DNA of 64,000 nt from an uncultured Verrucomicrobiales bacterium (GCA_963934155.1 CAWVXI010000001.1:52174-116173); one strand, 5' to 3'. Shown: positions 19,858 through 29,693, numbered from the stretch's first letter. Notes: generated by a model not told the origin, from the sequence alone. Made by a program: numbers and translations.

Positions 19858-20583
19858 CTAAGGGATGACGATGATTTCATCACCCACTTTCACATCCACA
19901 GGGCCACCGAAAAATGACTCAGCGATTGGATCTGCATAACCTATTTCACCGCTCGCGATATTGCCTAATTTTATGCGTCCAATGATACCGCCTGCAGTTC
20001 CCCTGCGGATACCTAATACCTGACCAGTGACGAGGTTCTGAGCGAGCACGAGATCGAGAACGATAATACCGCTCTTTGGATCATAAACTTTCACTCTGGC
20101 CATGACAAGAGCTTGAGCTATCTCCGCCGCTCTGTCTTCCTCCGGTTTTTTTCGGATTTGGAGTTCCTTCTGGATAGCACCTGCTTCTGCTTGAAGGATG
20201 CTGTTTTCAGATTTTTGCTGAGACTGCTGTTCTTTCAGCTTGGCATTTTCGGCTTTCAGCTTCAAGTTTTCCGTCAAGGCTACGTCAGAAGACCCCAGTT
20301 GAGATGAAGCTTCTGAATTTACAGTTGTAGGAGGATTAACGAAGGCTACGTTTGGAGCTGGCGCAGTAGGGACTGGGTTGATGTATGGAGCTCCTAGGCT
20401 CTGCTTGGTATTGCCAGCAGCGCGTTCGCTTTTAATGGCGTTTTCCAGTCTTACTTTCTCCAGCTCTAATTTAAGATCGCTAAGGGATTTTTCTTTATCT
20501 CCTCCTTGAGTAGAGTAGGAGTGCACGAGGGCAGCGACGAGGAGCGCAAACGTGGCGCAAATGAGTGTTCTCACAGTATTCAT
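19858..20583 (-). CDS. Secreted coiled-coil hypothetical protein
   Basis: The start is taken at MNTVRTLICATFALLVAALV (signal peptide). The middle is a long Lys/Glu/Gln heptad-like region. Confidence 0.5.
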   Translation of the reverse strand: MNTVRTLICATFALLVAALVHSYSTQGGDKEKSLSDLKLELEKVRLENAIKSERAAGNTKQSLGAPYINPVPTAPAPNVAFVNPPTTVNSEASSQLGSSDVALTENLKLKAENAKLKEQQSQQKSENSILQAEAGAIQKELQIRKKPEEDRAAEIAQALVMARVKVYDPKSGIIVLDLVLAQNLVTGQVLGIRRGTAGGIIGRIKLGNIASGEIGYADPIAESFFGGPVDVKVGDEIIVIP

Positions 20584-20698
20584 GGCGGTAGCTTGTGTGC
20601 TTTTTAAGTAATACGAAAGGTTAAAATCGTAAAAATGAGCAATTTTTACAATCAGACTTGAGCCGAAGCTAGGTTTAGCACAGACTCGAAGCGTGAGC

Positions 20699-21538
20699 AT
20701 GAAGGTATCAGTTTTAGGCAGCGGGAGTGGTGGGAATACCACGGTGATTTCTTGTGCCAGTGGCGTTTATTTGATCGATGTGGGACTCAGTGCCAAACAG
20801 ATAGTCTTAAGGCTGGAGCAACGCGGGATAGATCCAGATGCACTGGCTGGAATATTTCTCACTCATGAACACAGCGACCATGCGCGTGGACTAGATGTCT
20901 TCATGCGTAAGCGAGATATCCCTGTCTATGCGAATGCCCTGACGAAGGAAGCACTGGAGTGGGGGATAAAGAGCGAGATCCGCTGGAAGGTATTCCAGAC
21001 TGGTCAGCCATTTGAGATTAGTGATCTATCAGTGACCGCTTTTCCCATCCCTCATGATGCCGCTGAGCCCGTAGGATTTATAATAGAAAGCAGCACGGCT
21101 AGGTTTGGGCTGTTGACAGACGTGGGATACATCACTCAGTCGATGAGAGTCCACCTGAAAGGCTCGGACGCATTATTTATAGAGGCGAATTATGATGAGG
21201 ATCTTTTAGAAGCAGATACTAAGAGACCCTGGGCTACTAAGCAGCGTATCTCCTCCAGGCACGGACATCTATCAAACACCCAGGCGGGTGAACTCATCGC
21301 AGATGTAGGATGCGAGAAACTTAGTTGTGTTCTGTTAGGGCATTTGAGTAGCGACTGTAATAATGCAAAAGTGGCGACTGAAACGGTCCGACCCCTGTTA
21401 CTTGCGCTAAAGGTGGAAGACCTCATCTGTGCGGATCAACATCATCCAACGGAATGGTTTGAATTTGGGATTAAACCAACTGAAAATGAGGGTTTGATAG
21501 CCCTCAGCGGGGATTTGAGGCAGACGGATTTATTCTAG
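20699..21538 (+). CDS. MBL-fold metallo-hydrolase (YycJ/PhnP-like)
   Basis: The protein has MKVSVLGSGSGGN and HEHSDH motifs. Confidence 0.8.
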   Translation: MKVSVLGSGSGGNTTVISCASGVYLIDVGLSAKQIVLRLEQRGIDPDALAGIFLTHEHSDHARGLDVFMRKRDIPVYANALTKEALEWGIKSEIRWKVFQTGQPFEISDLSVTAFPIPHDAAEPVGFIIESSTARFGLLTDVGYITQSMRVHLKGSDALFIEANYDEDLLEADTKRPWATKQRISSRHGHLSNTQAGELIADVGCEKLSCVLLGHLSSDCNNAKVATETVRPLLLALKVEDLICADQHHPTEWFEFGIKPTENEGLIALSGDLRQTDLF

Positions 21539-21599
21539 GAGGCAAGCTGAGCGGATTGAAAGTCATTGTCAAATGATGATGCGAGTGTAAGATAATGGT

Positions 21600-22214
21600 A
21601 TGAAAAATAAATGTATCGCTCTCCTTATTTGTTCACTTGTTTCTTTTAGTGTATCATCCTGCGTGCTTCCAGACAGTGGGCTGTCAACTTATTCCAGTTC
21701 TAGCTATAGCGTCTTACCCACAGGCTATAGAACAGTGTATGTGGGTGGAGATCCCTACTATCACTCAAGAGATTCTTGGTATCGACGAGGTAATGACAGA
21801 TACATCAGCTGTCCTCGTCCGCATGGATATAGTGGTAGCATAGGATCTAGCTATAATGGTCGATATGGGAATAATTATGGTCTTGTTCAGCTTCCTAGCG
21901 GATACAGCACGGTCTCTTTTGGAGGTCAGACTTTTTACAATAACGGTAGTAGCTGGTATAATAGAAATGGCGGTCGTTACCATCAATGTTCAGCACCAAG
22001 GGGATACTATAACCACCATTCAAACCGAGGGTCTAGCTACAACCCACGTAATCACTCGAGCCATCATAATAGTAATCACTCATCTTACTCGCATCAGTCA
22101 ACGAGGTCAACGAGGTCAGATCACCCGCGTCATTCAAGCGACAGGAGTAGCTCTAACAGCCCAAGTCGATCTAGCGTTTATAAGGGTGACCTGAAGCGCG
22201 CTGCACGAGATTAA
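21600..22214 (+). CDS. Lipoprotein with two internal repeats and a Ser/His/Asn/Arg-rich tail
   Basis: The lipobox is VSSCVLP. The repeats are LPTGYRTVYVGGDPYYHSRDSWYRRGNDRYISCPRPHGY and LPSGYSTVSFGGQTFYNNGSSWYNRNGGRYHQCSAPRGY. Confidence 0.6.
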   Translation: MKNKCIALLICSLVSFSVSSCVLPDSGLSTYSSSSYSVLPTGYRTVYVGGDPYYHSRDSWYRRGNDRYISCPRPHGYSGSIGSSYNGRYGNNYGLVQLPSGYSTVSFGGQTFYNNGSSWYNRNGGRYHQCSAPRGYYNHHSNRGSSYNPRNHSSHHNSNHSSYSHQSTRSTRSDHPRHSSDRSSSNSPSRSSVYKGDLKRAARD

Positions 22215-23092
22215 TTCATTGATTGGGTGATTCTAGTTTGCTTACGCTTAGCGAAAACAGGATTAAACAAGTTCGCGAGGATGATCGTGCCTGCTCCTAT
22301 AAAAAATAGTGGGTGTAGTTTCTCATGTTCGGCGAAAAATACTGCTGCTAAAATAATGCCATACACTGGCTCAAAATTCATTGCCAGCGTGGACTCATAG
22401 GCGCTGAAGGACTTGAGCAAATTAACATATAGTGAGAAGGCATACACCGTACAGACTGCGGCAAGAACGACCAGCCATAGCCAGTCCATACCGATCGGGA
22501 CGAAGTGCGAATACTCTGCATCTACGATGATGCTAAATAGCGCACAGGCGATCATCGCTCCTAGCATCTCATAAAATGTGATACTTTCTGCAGCGGCACC
22601 TTTTCTGACCAGTGACTTATTGATTACCGGGAAGATGGCAGCAAATAATGCCGAGAGTATCCCACAGAGTAGTCCTGACAGATGTCCTCTTTCGACTCCC
22701 GCAATGAGAATAATTCCAGGGATGATCAGCAGACCGAGCCAGATCTCATGCTTATAGGGGAGTCGTTTTTCCTGTATTGCTTCCGTCGCTGCCGTGAAGA
22801 GTGAGGCTGTGGCCATCCCTGTGAGACAGATGGAAATGTTAGCCAGGTTCACTGCTCCAAAAAACGTCATCCAGTGTGCGCCCAGAATGAGGCCAGTGAA
22901 TAGCGCCACTCGTTTAAACTTAAAGGTAATTATTTCCCCTCTGATCCAGAGCCCTAAAAGAACTGCTGCTATCCCAGTCCGCCAGATGACGAGCGAATAA
23001 GCCGGGAGAGTGATAAGCTCACCTAGTACAGCGGTGAAAGCCGCAATGAAGACAATGAGCTGTAACTTAAAATAAGGTTTTTTATCAGTCAT
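22211..23092 (-). CDS. DMT-superfamily (EamA-like) transporter
   Basis: The 293-aa ORF has about 10 predicted TM helices arranged as two EamA-like halves. Confidence 0.65.
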   Translation of the reverse strand: MTDKKPYFKLQLIVFIAAFTAVLGELITLPAYSLVIWRTGIAAVLLGLWIRGEIITFKFKRVALFTGLILGAHWMTFFGAVNLANISICLTGMATASLFTAATEAIQEKRLPYKHEIWLGLLIIPGIILIAGVERGHLSGLLCGILSALFAAIFPVINKSLVRKGAAAESITFYEMLGAMIACALFSIIVDAEYSHFVPIGMDWLWLVVLAAVCTVYAFSLYVNLLKSFSAYESTLAMNFEPVYGIILAAVFFAEHEKLHPLFFIGAGTIILANLFNPVFAKRKQTRITQSMN

Positions 23093-23290
23093 CTAATAGA
23101 CACAGACGCTTTCCAGCGCATTAATATTGATTGGTTATGATGATCACATTAAAGGATAGATTCTTATTATTAAAGAGCGCAATACAGTTTTTTCATCTTT
23201 TCCTCCCGATAGTTGCCAAATCCGAGCAACTAGTCCATTCTCCAAATATGTCAGAAGAACAGAATCCTCCAGCTTAAATAGAAATGACTC

Positions 23291-24181
23291 ATGAGCATTG
23301 AACGATTGATCGATTCCTTTATCCTCTACCTCGCCACGGAGAGAGGGCTATCTGCATCGTATCAGCTGTCAGTTAGGCAGACTCTAGAAAAGCTCTCTTT
23401 ATGGATGGAACAGAAAAAGCTTAGCCCCAATGATGTGGGGACCGAGGAGCTAGCAGATTTTCTAGCCAGTCGGAAGAAAGAGGGACTAGCCGCATCATCA
23501 CTGCGCATCACCGTTGTGCATCTCAAGGTCTTTTGGAGGTTTATCTCTGGCAGAAATTACGTGATGGTTGATGTAGCCGAGCCGCTCCTAGCTCCTAAGC
23601 CAAATGCCACACTACCAGACTCAGTGCATCAGTCATCGATTGAGAAACTATTAGAAGGAATAGATACCATGAAATTCTTAGGCAAGCGTGACCGCGCTAT
23701 CCTAGAGCTCTTCTACGCCTCCGGTCTCCGTCTATCCGAGGTCTGTGGAGCCAGACTGGAAAATCTAGACACAGATGACGGCTTCATCCGCGTGACCGGA
23801 AAGGGGAATAAAACGCGTATCGTCCCCGTGGGGATCCAGGCCAGGGACTGTATAGAGCGGTATGTGAAATTAGAGCGTCCCGGGCTTCTGAAGCCTAAGT
23901 CATCATCCGAGATATTCCTCTCTGTCAGAGGTGGGGCACTCAGTCCTGAGCGAGTGCGAGCTATTGTGAAGCAGCGCGCCCTAGCTGCCGGGATTGATTC
24001 TAAAATATACCCACACCTCCTTCGTCACTCCTTCGCAACTCACCTCCTACAGAACGGTGCAGATCTCCGCGTGATCCAGGAAATGCTAGGCCACGCCGAT
24101 ATCTCCACTACCCAGATCTACACCCACGTAGACCAAAAACATCTCAAGGAAACCCATAAGAAATTCCATCCTAGAGGCTAG
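23291..24181 (+). CDS. Tyrosine recombinase XerC/XerD family
   Basis: LLRHSFATHLLQNGADLRVIQEMLGHADISTTQIYTHV carries the catalytic R..H..R..Y box, and the N-terminal SAM-like domain is present. I cannot separate XerC from XerD by eye. Confidence 0.85.
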   Translation: MSIERLIDSFILYLATERGLSASYQLSVRQTLEKLSLWMEQKKLSPNDVGTEELADFLASRKKEGLAASSLRITVVHLKVFWRFISGRNYVMVDVAEPLLAPKPNATLPDSVHQSSIEKLLEGIDTMKFLGKRDRAILELFYASGLRLSEVCGARLENLDTDDGFIRVTGKGNKTRIVPVGIQARDCIERYVKLERPGLLKPKSSSEIFLSVRGGALSPERVRAIVKQRALAAGIDSKIYPHLLRHSFATHLLQNGADLRVIQEMLGHADISTTQIYTHVDQKHLKETHKKFHPRG

Positions 24182-24335
24182 GTTTTAGTGTTCTCAAAAT
24201 CGATTGCTTTAGAGCACAGCTCTTAATACTCGATAAAATCTCTATCGTCTCTTTTGAATGACAATGAGGTATTATTTTCACAGTTATTCTAGATTGATAG
24301 CAATGTTCTAGGTATTTTATCTGGCATGTTCCTGT

Positions 24336-25445
24336 TTAGTAATCTTGCACAGGGCTGAACTTTGTCTCGCTGTTTTCATCAGTCCTTCTTGCCGCCTCTT
24401 CGCCGAGAGTATCGATCCGGAGCTGCATGACTTCTTCATCATACTTATCCCACAGCCTTCGCTCGAAGGCAGGGGACTGGACGATCTTTTTCTTCAGCTT
24501 CTCCACGCGGATGAGTGAGTCATCGATGGTGTGATTGGCAATTTTTTTAATGGCATCGAGAGCTAGCTCGGCGGAGTCAGTCTGGTGACAGATCATCGCC
24601 ATATCATTTCCCGCTTCTATCGACATCTGCACATCGGGGCCTCTTCCATACGTATTCACTATGGCTCCCATGTCCAAGTCATCGGTCATGATCACGCCTT
24701 CAAAACCGAGCTGATTTCGTAGTAAATGGGTCAGTAAATTCTTAGAAAACGACCCTGGAAGGCCTGGTGTGTCTGGGTCTAATGCTGAGAAGTGCGCGTG
24801 GCAGCTCATGATACTATCGAGCACAGGCATGAGTGCGGTGTAGGGAAGCAGGTCAGATTTCATCAGCTCTTCCTTGCTCTTAGTGACAAAGGGCAGCTCA
24901 TGGTGCGGATCCACATCCGCTAGTCCGCAGGATGGAAAATGCTTGGCGCAGGAGAGTACTTTGCCGTGGCGAAGGTTGCTATTAAAGATACCCGCATTGG
25001 TGATTACTTGCTGCGAATCAGTGCCGTAGCAGCGGCCCTGCATCGCATTATCAGAATTGTCATCGTAGGAGATGTCCAGCACTGGGCAAAGATTCATATT
25101 CACTCCGAGCTGGCGTAAAATATCTGCGGTGATCATACCGTGTCTGGCGATTAGCCCAGCTACCTTCTTTATATTGCCTGCCTCTCGCAGCTGCTGGGCA
25201 GATGGAGGTTCATTGGCTATTGAGCGGGTGCGGGTGACTCTGCCACCTTCTTGATCTATAGTGATCAGCGGCTCAATCTCGCACACTTCTTTGAGCGAGT
25301 CTGTGAGTGCGCGGAGCTGTTCAGCCGATTCCACATTTCTGCCAAAGATGACAAAGCCACCGGGCTGGATTTTCTTGAAAAGTGAGAGTTCATCAGAGGA
25401 AAGTTTTAGTCCCTTGACTCCAAGTAATAATAACTGTCCGTGCAT
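24336..25445 (-). CDS. nagZ: Beta-N-acetylhexosaminidase (GH3, NagZ-like)
   Basis: IDQEGGRV, KHFPSCGLADVDPHHELP and MTDDLDMGA motifs are present. Confidence 0.8.
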   Translation of the reverse strand: MHGQLLLLGVKGLKLSSDELSLFKKIQPGGFVIFGRNVESAEQLRALTDSLKEVCEIEPLITIDQEGGRVTRTRSIANEPPSAQQLREAGNIKKVAGLIARHGMITADILRQLGVNMNLCPVLDISYDDNSDNAMQGRCYGTDSQQVITNAGIFNSNLRHGKVLSCAKHFPSCGLADVDPHHELPFVTKSKEELMKSDLLPYTALMPVLDSIMSCHAHFSALDPDTPGLPGSFSKNLLTHLLRNQLGFEGVIMTDDLDMGAIVNTYGRGPDVQMSIEAGNDMAMICHQTDSAELALDAIKKIANHTIDDSLIRVEKLKKKIVQSPAFERRLWDKYDEEVMQLRIDTLGEEAARRTDENSETKFSPVQDY

Positions 25446-25529
25446 GATACGATTACTTTGTGCGGTGCATAGAAAATTGCAAGTTTAGCTTTGCTTTTGA
25501 CTCAAGAAGCACCATTTTAGACGAGGATT

Positions 25530-26060
25530 ATGGAAGCAGAGAGAACAAAGCTGAAAAACACAGAGAAGAGTAACGCAGGATCGTACTATCTCGCGGGCAT
25601 CGGACTAGCGGTGGCGCTTGTGGGTGCCGTGTTTGTCTATTTATTAGGGAGTAGTTTTTTCCAAGCCAGCGAGACCAGAGAGTGGCAGGAGACTCCTTGC
25701 CTAGTAATCAGGTCTGCGGTGAAGGAACGTTCAGCGAAGAACATCACTAGGGAATTCAGCTGGAATGTGGAATATAATTATGATTTTGGTGGTAGGTCGT
25801 ATTCCAGTAAATTTCACACCCCGCGCGCGGCGAAATGGAGCTCGTCTAAGAAGTCTAGCGAGGGACTCATCAGACAATACCCTGAGAATAAAAAAGCAAT
25901 CTGCTACGTGAATCCAGCCGCGCCATCCCAGGCGATACTTAAGCATGATAGCAAGGGTGGAGGCTACAGTATTTGGTTTCCCATGCTCTTCGTGATAGGT
26001 GGACTAGGCATTACGGTGAGTGCGCTGAGAGGATTAAAATTTAAATCCATCCGATGCTGA
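25530..26060 (+). CDS. DUF3592-like membrane protein
   Basis: A beta-rich domain is flanked by two TM helices (WQETPCLV ... ICYVNPAAPSQAIL). The family call is from memory. Confidence 0.5.
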   Translation: MEAERTKLKNTEKSNAGSYYLAGIGLAVALVGAVFVYLLGSSFFQASETREWQETPCLVIRSAVKERSAKNITREFSWNVEYNYDFGGRSYSSKFHTPRAAKWSSSKKSSEGLIRQYPENKKAICYVNPAAPSQAILKHDSKGGGYSIWFPMLFVIGGLGITVSALRGLKFKSIRC

Positions 26061-26671
26061 GCACCAAGCAAATAATGTGCCGTGTGTACAGTGGGATCTT
26101 GGTAGTCATCTGGATACTAGCACCCTATGTTATTTTACAACACGTGGAGATTTCTCCCGTGCTGTGGATACCCCAGCTCGCTATCGATAGAGCGATCCCT
26201 GTCAACTTTCAGAGTATCTGGATTTACTACTCATTTTATCTTCTGTTAGGTTTAGTGGGACTCACCGTAGAGAAGAAATTATTTATCCAATACCTCTATA
26301 CGATCGGTTGGGTGACAGCAGTCTCTCACGCGGTATTCCTATTCATGCCCAATGGTGTCCTGCGCACTGACATCGACTTCCAGTCCGCCCCAGCTATTTA
26401 CCAGATGCTAGCCAGCCTGGATCTTCCGAGAAATGCAATGCCTTCACTTCACGCATCGCTTTCTGTAGTCGCCGCTATCGCCGTCCAGTTCTCTCAAGTA
26501 TTCCCCAGATGGAGTAAACCCTTGGTCTGGCTCTGGGTGCTGGTGATCTTCTGGTCCACGATCGCCCTTCGCCAGCACGTCTCGCTGGATCTTATGGCAG
26601 GTATCATGATCGCAGCCACCGTTTGGTGGAGAGTTTCTAAGAGCAGCGAGCTGAAACACCATAGAGTGTGA
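26054..26671 (+). CDS. PAP2-superfamily membrane protein (PAP2_C / sphingolipid-synthase-like motif set)
   Basis: The polytopic protein has MPSLHAS and RQHVSLD (variants of PSxH ... HxxxD). It overlaps the upstream gene by 7 nt. Confidence 0.55.
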   Translation: MLSTKQIMCRVYSGILVVIWILAPYVILQHVEISPVLWIPQLAIDRAIPVNFQSIWIYYSFYLLLGLVGLTVEKKLFIQYLYTIGWVTAVSHAVFLFMPNGVLRTDIDFQSAPAIYQMLASLDLPRNAMPSLHASLSVVAAIAVQFSQVFPRWSKPLVWLWVLVIFWSTIALRQHVSLDLMAGIMIAATVWWRVSKSSELKHHRV

Positions 26672-26822
26672 GGTGATTTCAGGGCATTTACAGGAGGCTA
26701 TATTAGAGTCTGAAATGGTGTGGCTACCTGAAATTCACCAACGTAGTGTCGAGGTAGTTGATTATTTATGAATTTTGGTCTTGATATATTTTTCAAAGAC
26801 CTTAGTTCTTGCAACACTAATT

Positions 26823-27110
26823 ATGGGACAACAATACAATAAAGTTTTAAAGAGAAAGCGTCGTAAGGAATACCTACGTCGCAAAAAGGCACTAGCTAAC
26901 TCTACCGTGGCTGTGAAGAAGAGCAAGCCAGCTGCTAAGAAGGCCGCACCAGCGAAGAAAGTTGTTGCTAAGAAAGCCGCGAAGAAGGTTGCTGCTAAGA
27001 AAGCACCAGCCAAGAAAGCTGCCGCTAAGAAAGCACCAGCGAAAAAAGCTGCTGCTAAGAAGGCACCAGCCAAGAAAGCCGCTAAGAAGGTGGAAGAAGA
27101 GGAGAAGTAA
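26823..27110 (+). CDS. Histone-H1-like Lys/Ala-rich DNA-binding protein
   Basis: The sequence is MGQQYNKVLKRKRRKEYLRRKK, followed by AKKAAPAKK/AAKKAPAKKAAAKK tandem repeats. The start is at the ATG at 26823. The minus-strand ORF 26762-27073 is its mirror artefact. Confidence 0.7.
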   Translation: MGQQYNKVLKRKRRKEYLRRKKALANSTVAVKKSKPAAKKAAPAKKVVAKKAAKKVAAKKAPAKKAAAKKAPAKKAAAKKAPAKKAAKKVEEEEK

Positions 27111-27138
27111 TTTCAGTCTTCTAGGAATAGATTTACCG

Positions 27139-27179
27139 AGCCAGTCTTACCGTATGACGCGTGAGATTGGCTTTTTTTT
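27139..27179 (+). terminator. Rho-independent terminator after the H1-like gene
   Basis: AGCCAGTCT (27139-27147) pairs with AGATTGGCT (27164-27172) over 9 bp, including one G-T pair. An 8-T run follows. Confidence 0.7.
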
Positions 27180-27197
27180 CACTAAAATAGCGGGGAA

Positions 27198-27593
27198 ATG
27201 GATAAAGTTCTTATCGTTGATGGTCACAGTGCCATTTTTTCGACCCCACAACTAGCGCAGAGCCACATGCAGCATGCGACTAGAACTCGGCTTGAGCTGA
27301 TCCGTGAGCTCACTCACTTTCAGGATATATCTGACTACCATGTGGTGTTGGTCTTTGATGGCAAAGGGGAGAAGCTCGATACTGTGATGCGGCAGGATTT
27401 AGATATTCTGGTTATGTACAGTAGGACAGATCAGACAGCGGATGCTGTGATCGAGAGGATCGTGGCGCAGCATGCCGAGAAATTTGATGTGGAGGTTGCA
27501 TCGAATGATCGCTATGTGCTCGATACGATTTCTGTTTTTGGAGCTTTTCCGATGAGTATTCGTAGAATGTGGGAACTGATCGATTCTGTTTGA
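27198..27593 (+). CDS. NYN-domain (YacP-like) protein
   Basis: The protein has VDGHSAIF, VVLVFDGKG and TADAVIERIV. Its size is typical of YacP/DUF901. Confidence 0.65.
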   Translation: MDKVLIVDGHSAIFSTPQLAQSHMQHATRTRLELIRELTHFQDISDYHVVLVFDGKGEKLDTVMRQDLDILVMYSRTDQTADAVIERIVAQHAEKFDVEVASNDRYVLDTISVFGAFPMSIRRMWELIDSV

Positions 27594-27643
27594 AAGTGGT
27601 TATTTAGTATTCTTTTTTGATTAATTTGCGTTGATGAACTATC

Positions 27644-28222
27644 ATGGTCTGTGATACAGAAAGGGGTAAATTTATGACTGATAAACAAATACTACAGCAG
27701 ATCCGAGAGAGTGAGCATTTTAGAGTTCTAAGTGAGGCATTTAAGCGGATGACAGAGTTGGATCTATGGTTGGATTCAGTGGATCAAGATGATCCTAGAT
27801 CTATGGATGAGTTATCTGGTGAATATTATTCTATCCTCTCGAAAGAGCTAGGCCTGAAAGATCAACTAGAGGTCTCACACCAGTCAATGCGTGAGTCCAC
27901 ACTCGGTAAGCACGTGAAGTACGCAGAGGGTATTTCTGGTTTGATTCACTTTTTGGTGCCTATCCATAGTAGTGAGCGTGAGATTGGGTTCCTACGCTGC
28001 GGTGGTCTTAAAGATGCCTACCGAGGTGTCTTGAAATTCATGAATTTCTCCCAGGAGCTGAAAGATCAAGATGTCGATATAGAGAAAATAGTAGAGCTTG
28101 AGGCTGCATTTAAGAATATACCTAATCTCCATGGCGAGGATCTGGCTGAGGCGACTAGCTGGCTAGCTCACAGAGCAAAGGAGATAGACAAGGAAATCAC
28201 AGAGATAAAGAACGCAGGCTAG
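27644..28222 (+). CDS. Hypothetical protein
   Basis: The ORF is 192 aa. The start could be the ATG at 27674. I recognise no confident motif. Confidence 0.45.
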   Translation: MVCDTERGKFMTDKQILQQIRESEHFRVLSEAFKRMTELDLWLDSVDQDDPRSMDELSGEYYSILSKELGLKDQLEVSHQSMRESTLGKHVKYAEGISGLIHFLVPIHSSEREIGFLRCGGLKDAYRGVLKFMNFSQELKDQDVDIEKIVELEAAFKNIPNLHGEDLAEATSWLAHRAKEIDKEITEIKNAG

Positions 28223-28346
28223 TAAACGCGTATTGTAACGTATTATAGCAAGATATACGGAGTCTTTTCAAAGGTACTGTATCAGATGTTAGGGGTGAGT
28301 TTCGTGAGAGAGTTTTCCCTTTCTAACAGTCCTACCCAAAAGCTAA

Positions 28347-29599
28347 CAAGATAAATACTGCAGAATCGCATCACCAGCCGGAATTTATAAATTAGCCATT
28401 CTCACCGAGGAGGATACGGAACTCTCAGACAAGGGTGCTCTCATTGCCTACTCAGGTGATAAAACTGGGCGGTCACCGAAAGATAAGCGGGTGGTGAAGT
28501 CCCCAGAAAGCGAAGATTCTATCTGGTGGGGTGAGGTCAATATCCCCATGGATGCGGCGCAATTTGAAATTAACAAAGAGCGCGCGCTCGATTACTTAGG
28601 GATTCAAGAGCCACTCTACGTGCTGGATGCATTCGCTGGTTGGAACCCAAACCATCGCTTGAAAGTGCGGGTGATTTGTTCGCGGCCATACCACGCGCTG
28701 TTCATGCACAACATGCTCATCAGACCCACGGATGAGGAACTTGCAGACTTTGGTGAGTCAGATTTCACCATTCTCAATGCGGCTAAGTTTCCTGCGAATG
28801 GACACACAGAAGGGATGAGTTCTAAGACGTCAATTGATCTCACTATAGAGGCAAGAGAAATGGTCATTCTTGGCACTGACTATGCTGGAGAGATGAAGAA
28901 GGGAGTCTTCACAATGATGAGCTACTTGATGCCAAAGGTAGGGAACTTGTCGATGCATTGTGGCGCTACGGCAGCAAAGGATAGCGAAGACTCGATGGTG
29001 CTATTCGGTCTCTCTGGCACAGGTGAAACCACGCTTTCTGCAGATACTAGTAGAAGACTGATCGGGGATGATGAGCATGTCTGGACAGATGATGGTATTT
29101 TCAATATCGAGGGTGGCTGTTATGCTAAGGCGATTGATTTAACAGAAGAATTTGAGCCAGAGATTTTCCACGCCTTACATTTCGGTGCGGTGCTAGAAAA
29201 TGTTACCATTGATGATCACCATCAGGTGAATTTTGAAGACACAAGCATCACGCAGAATAGCCGTGGTGCTTATCCTGTTGAGTTTATTTCTAATGCTAAA
29301 ATACCCTACGTAGCGGGGCAGCCCACTGATGTGGTGTTCCTAACATGTGATGCCTTTGGTGTGCTTCCTCCGGTGGCAAAACTTACCCCTGAGCAGGCGG
29401 CGCATCACTTTATTTCTGGCTACACAGCAAAAGTGGCGTTCCGTCAGATGTGTTAGATCCAAGTATATCATGGCCAGACCATAGTGAGTATGAAAAAACT
29501 GCGGCGTATCTAGCAGGGTTGTTCATCGAGAACTTTAAGCAATTTGAAGCTGGGGTGGCACCAGAAATCCTCAAGGCTGGACCAGTTCAAGGACACTAA
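28347..29599 (+). pseudogene. pckA: ATP-dependent phosphoenolpyruvate carboxykinase, decayed (no start, internal deletion with frameshift, Walker Lys replaced)
   Basis: The frame is open from 28347 with no ATG. GDKTGRSPKDKRVV, ILGTDYAGEMKKG and LIGDDEHVW..FNIEGGCYAK are clear PckA motifs. GLSGTGETTLS has Glu (GAA, 29025-29027) where GLSGTGKTTLS is invariant. After SGYTAK, at about 29430, the frame breaks. The C-terminal block GVPSDVLDPSISW...LFIENFKQF...AGP continues in the +2 frame to the TAA at 29597-29599, so roughly 150 or more codons are missing. Confidence 0.8.
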
Positions 29600-29693
29600 A
29601 AATAACTAGTTGATGAATCAGATAGTTCTAAAGAGAGTAAGGATCTACAGGTAGTGTGAGAGTATATTCCAACTTCAATACTAGTGACTTATC

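Noticed and set aside
21637-22194. Three alternative-frame ORFs (21637-21843, 21765-21986, 21856-22194) lie inside the 21600-22214 gene.
   Set aside because: They are by-products of the repetitive, low-complexity coding sequence. Only the 21600 frame has a lipoprotein signal and internal protein repeats.
23291-24181. The tyrosine recombinase could have been the integrase of the cassette-like array or island.
   Set aside because: It lies 17 kb or more away among housekeeping genes and has the canonical XerC/XerD C-terminal box. It lacks the extra IntI-specific insertion as far as I can judge by eye. No attI- or attC-like sites were recognised next to it.
26762-27073. A 103-aa minus-strand ORF rich in Ala/Phe/Leu (AGAFLAAAFFAG...).
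   Set aside because: It is the antisense reading of the AAG/GCN repeats of the H1-like gene. The plus-strand product has a sensible basic N-terminus and is followed by a terminator.
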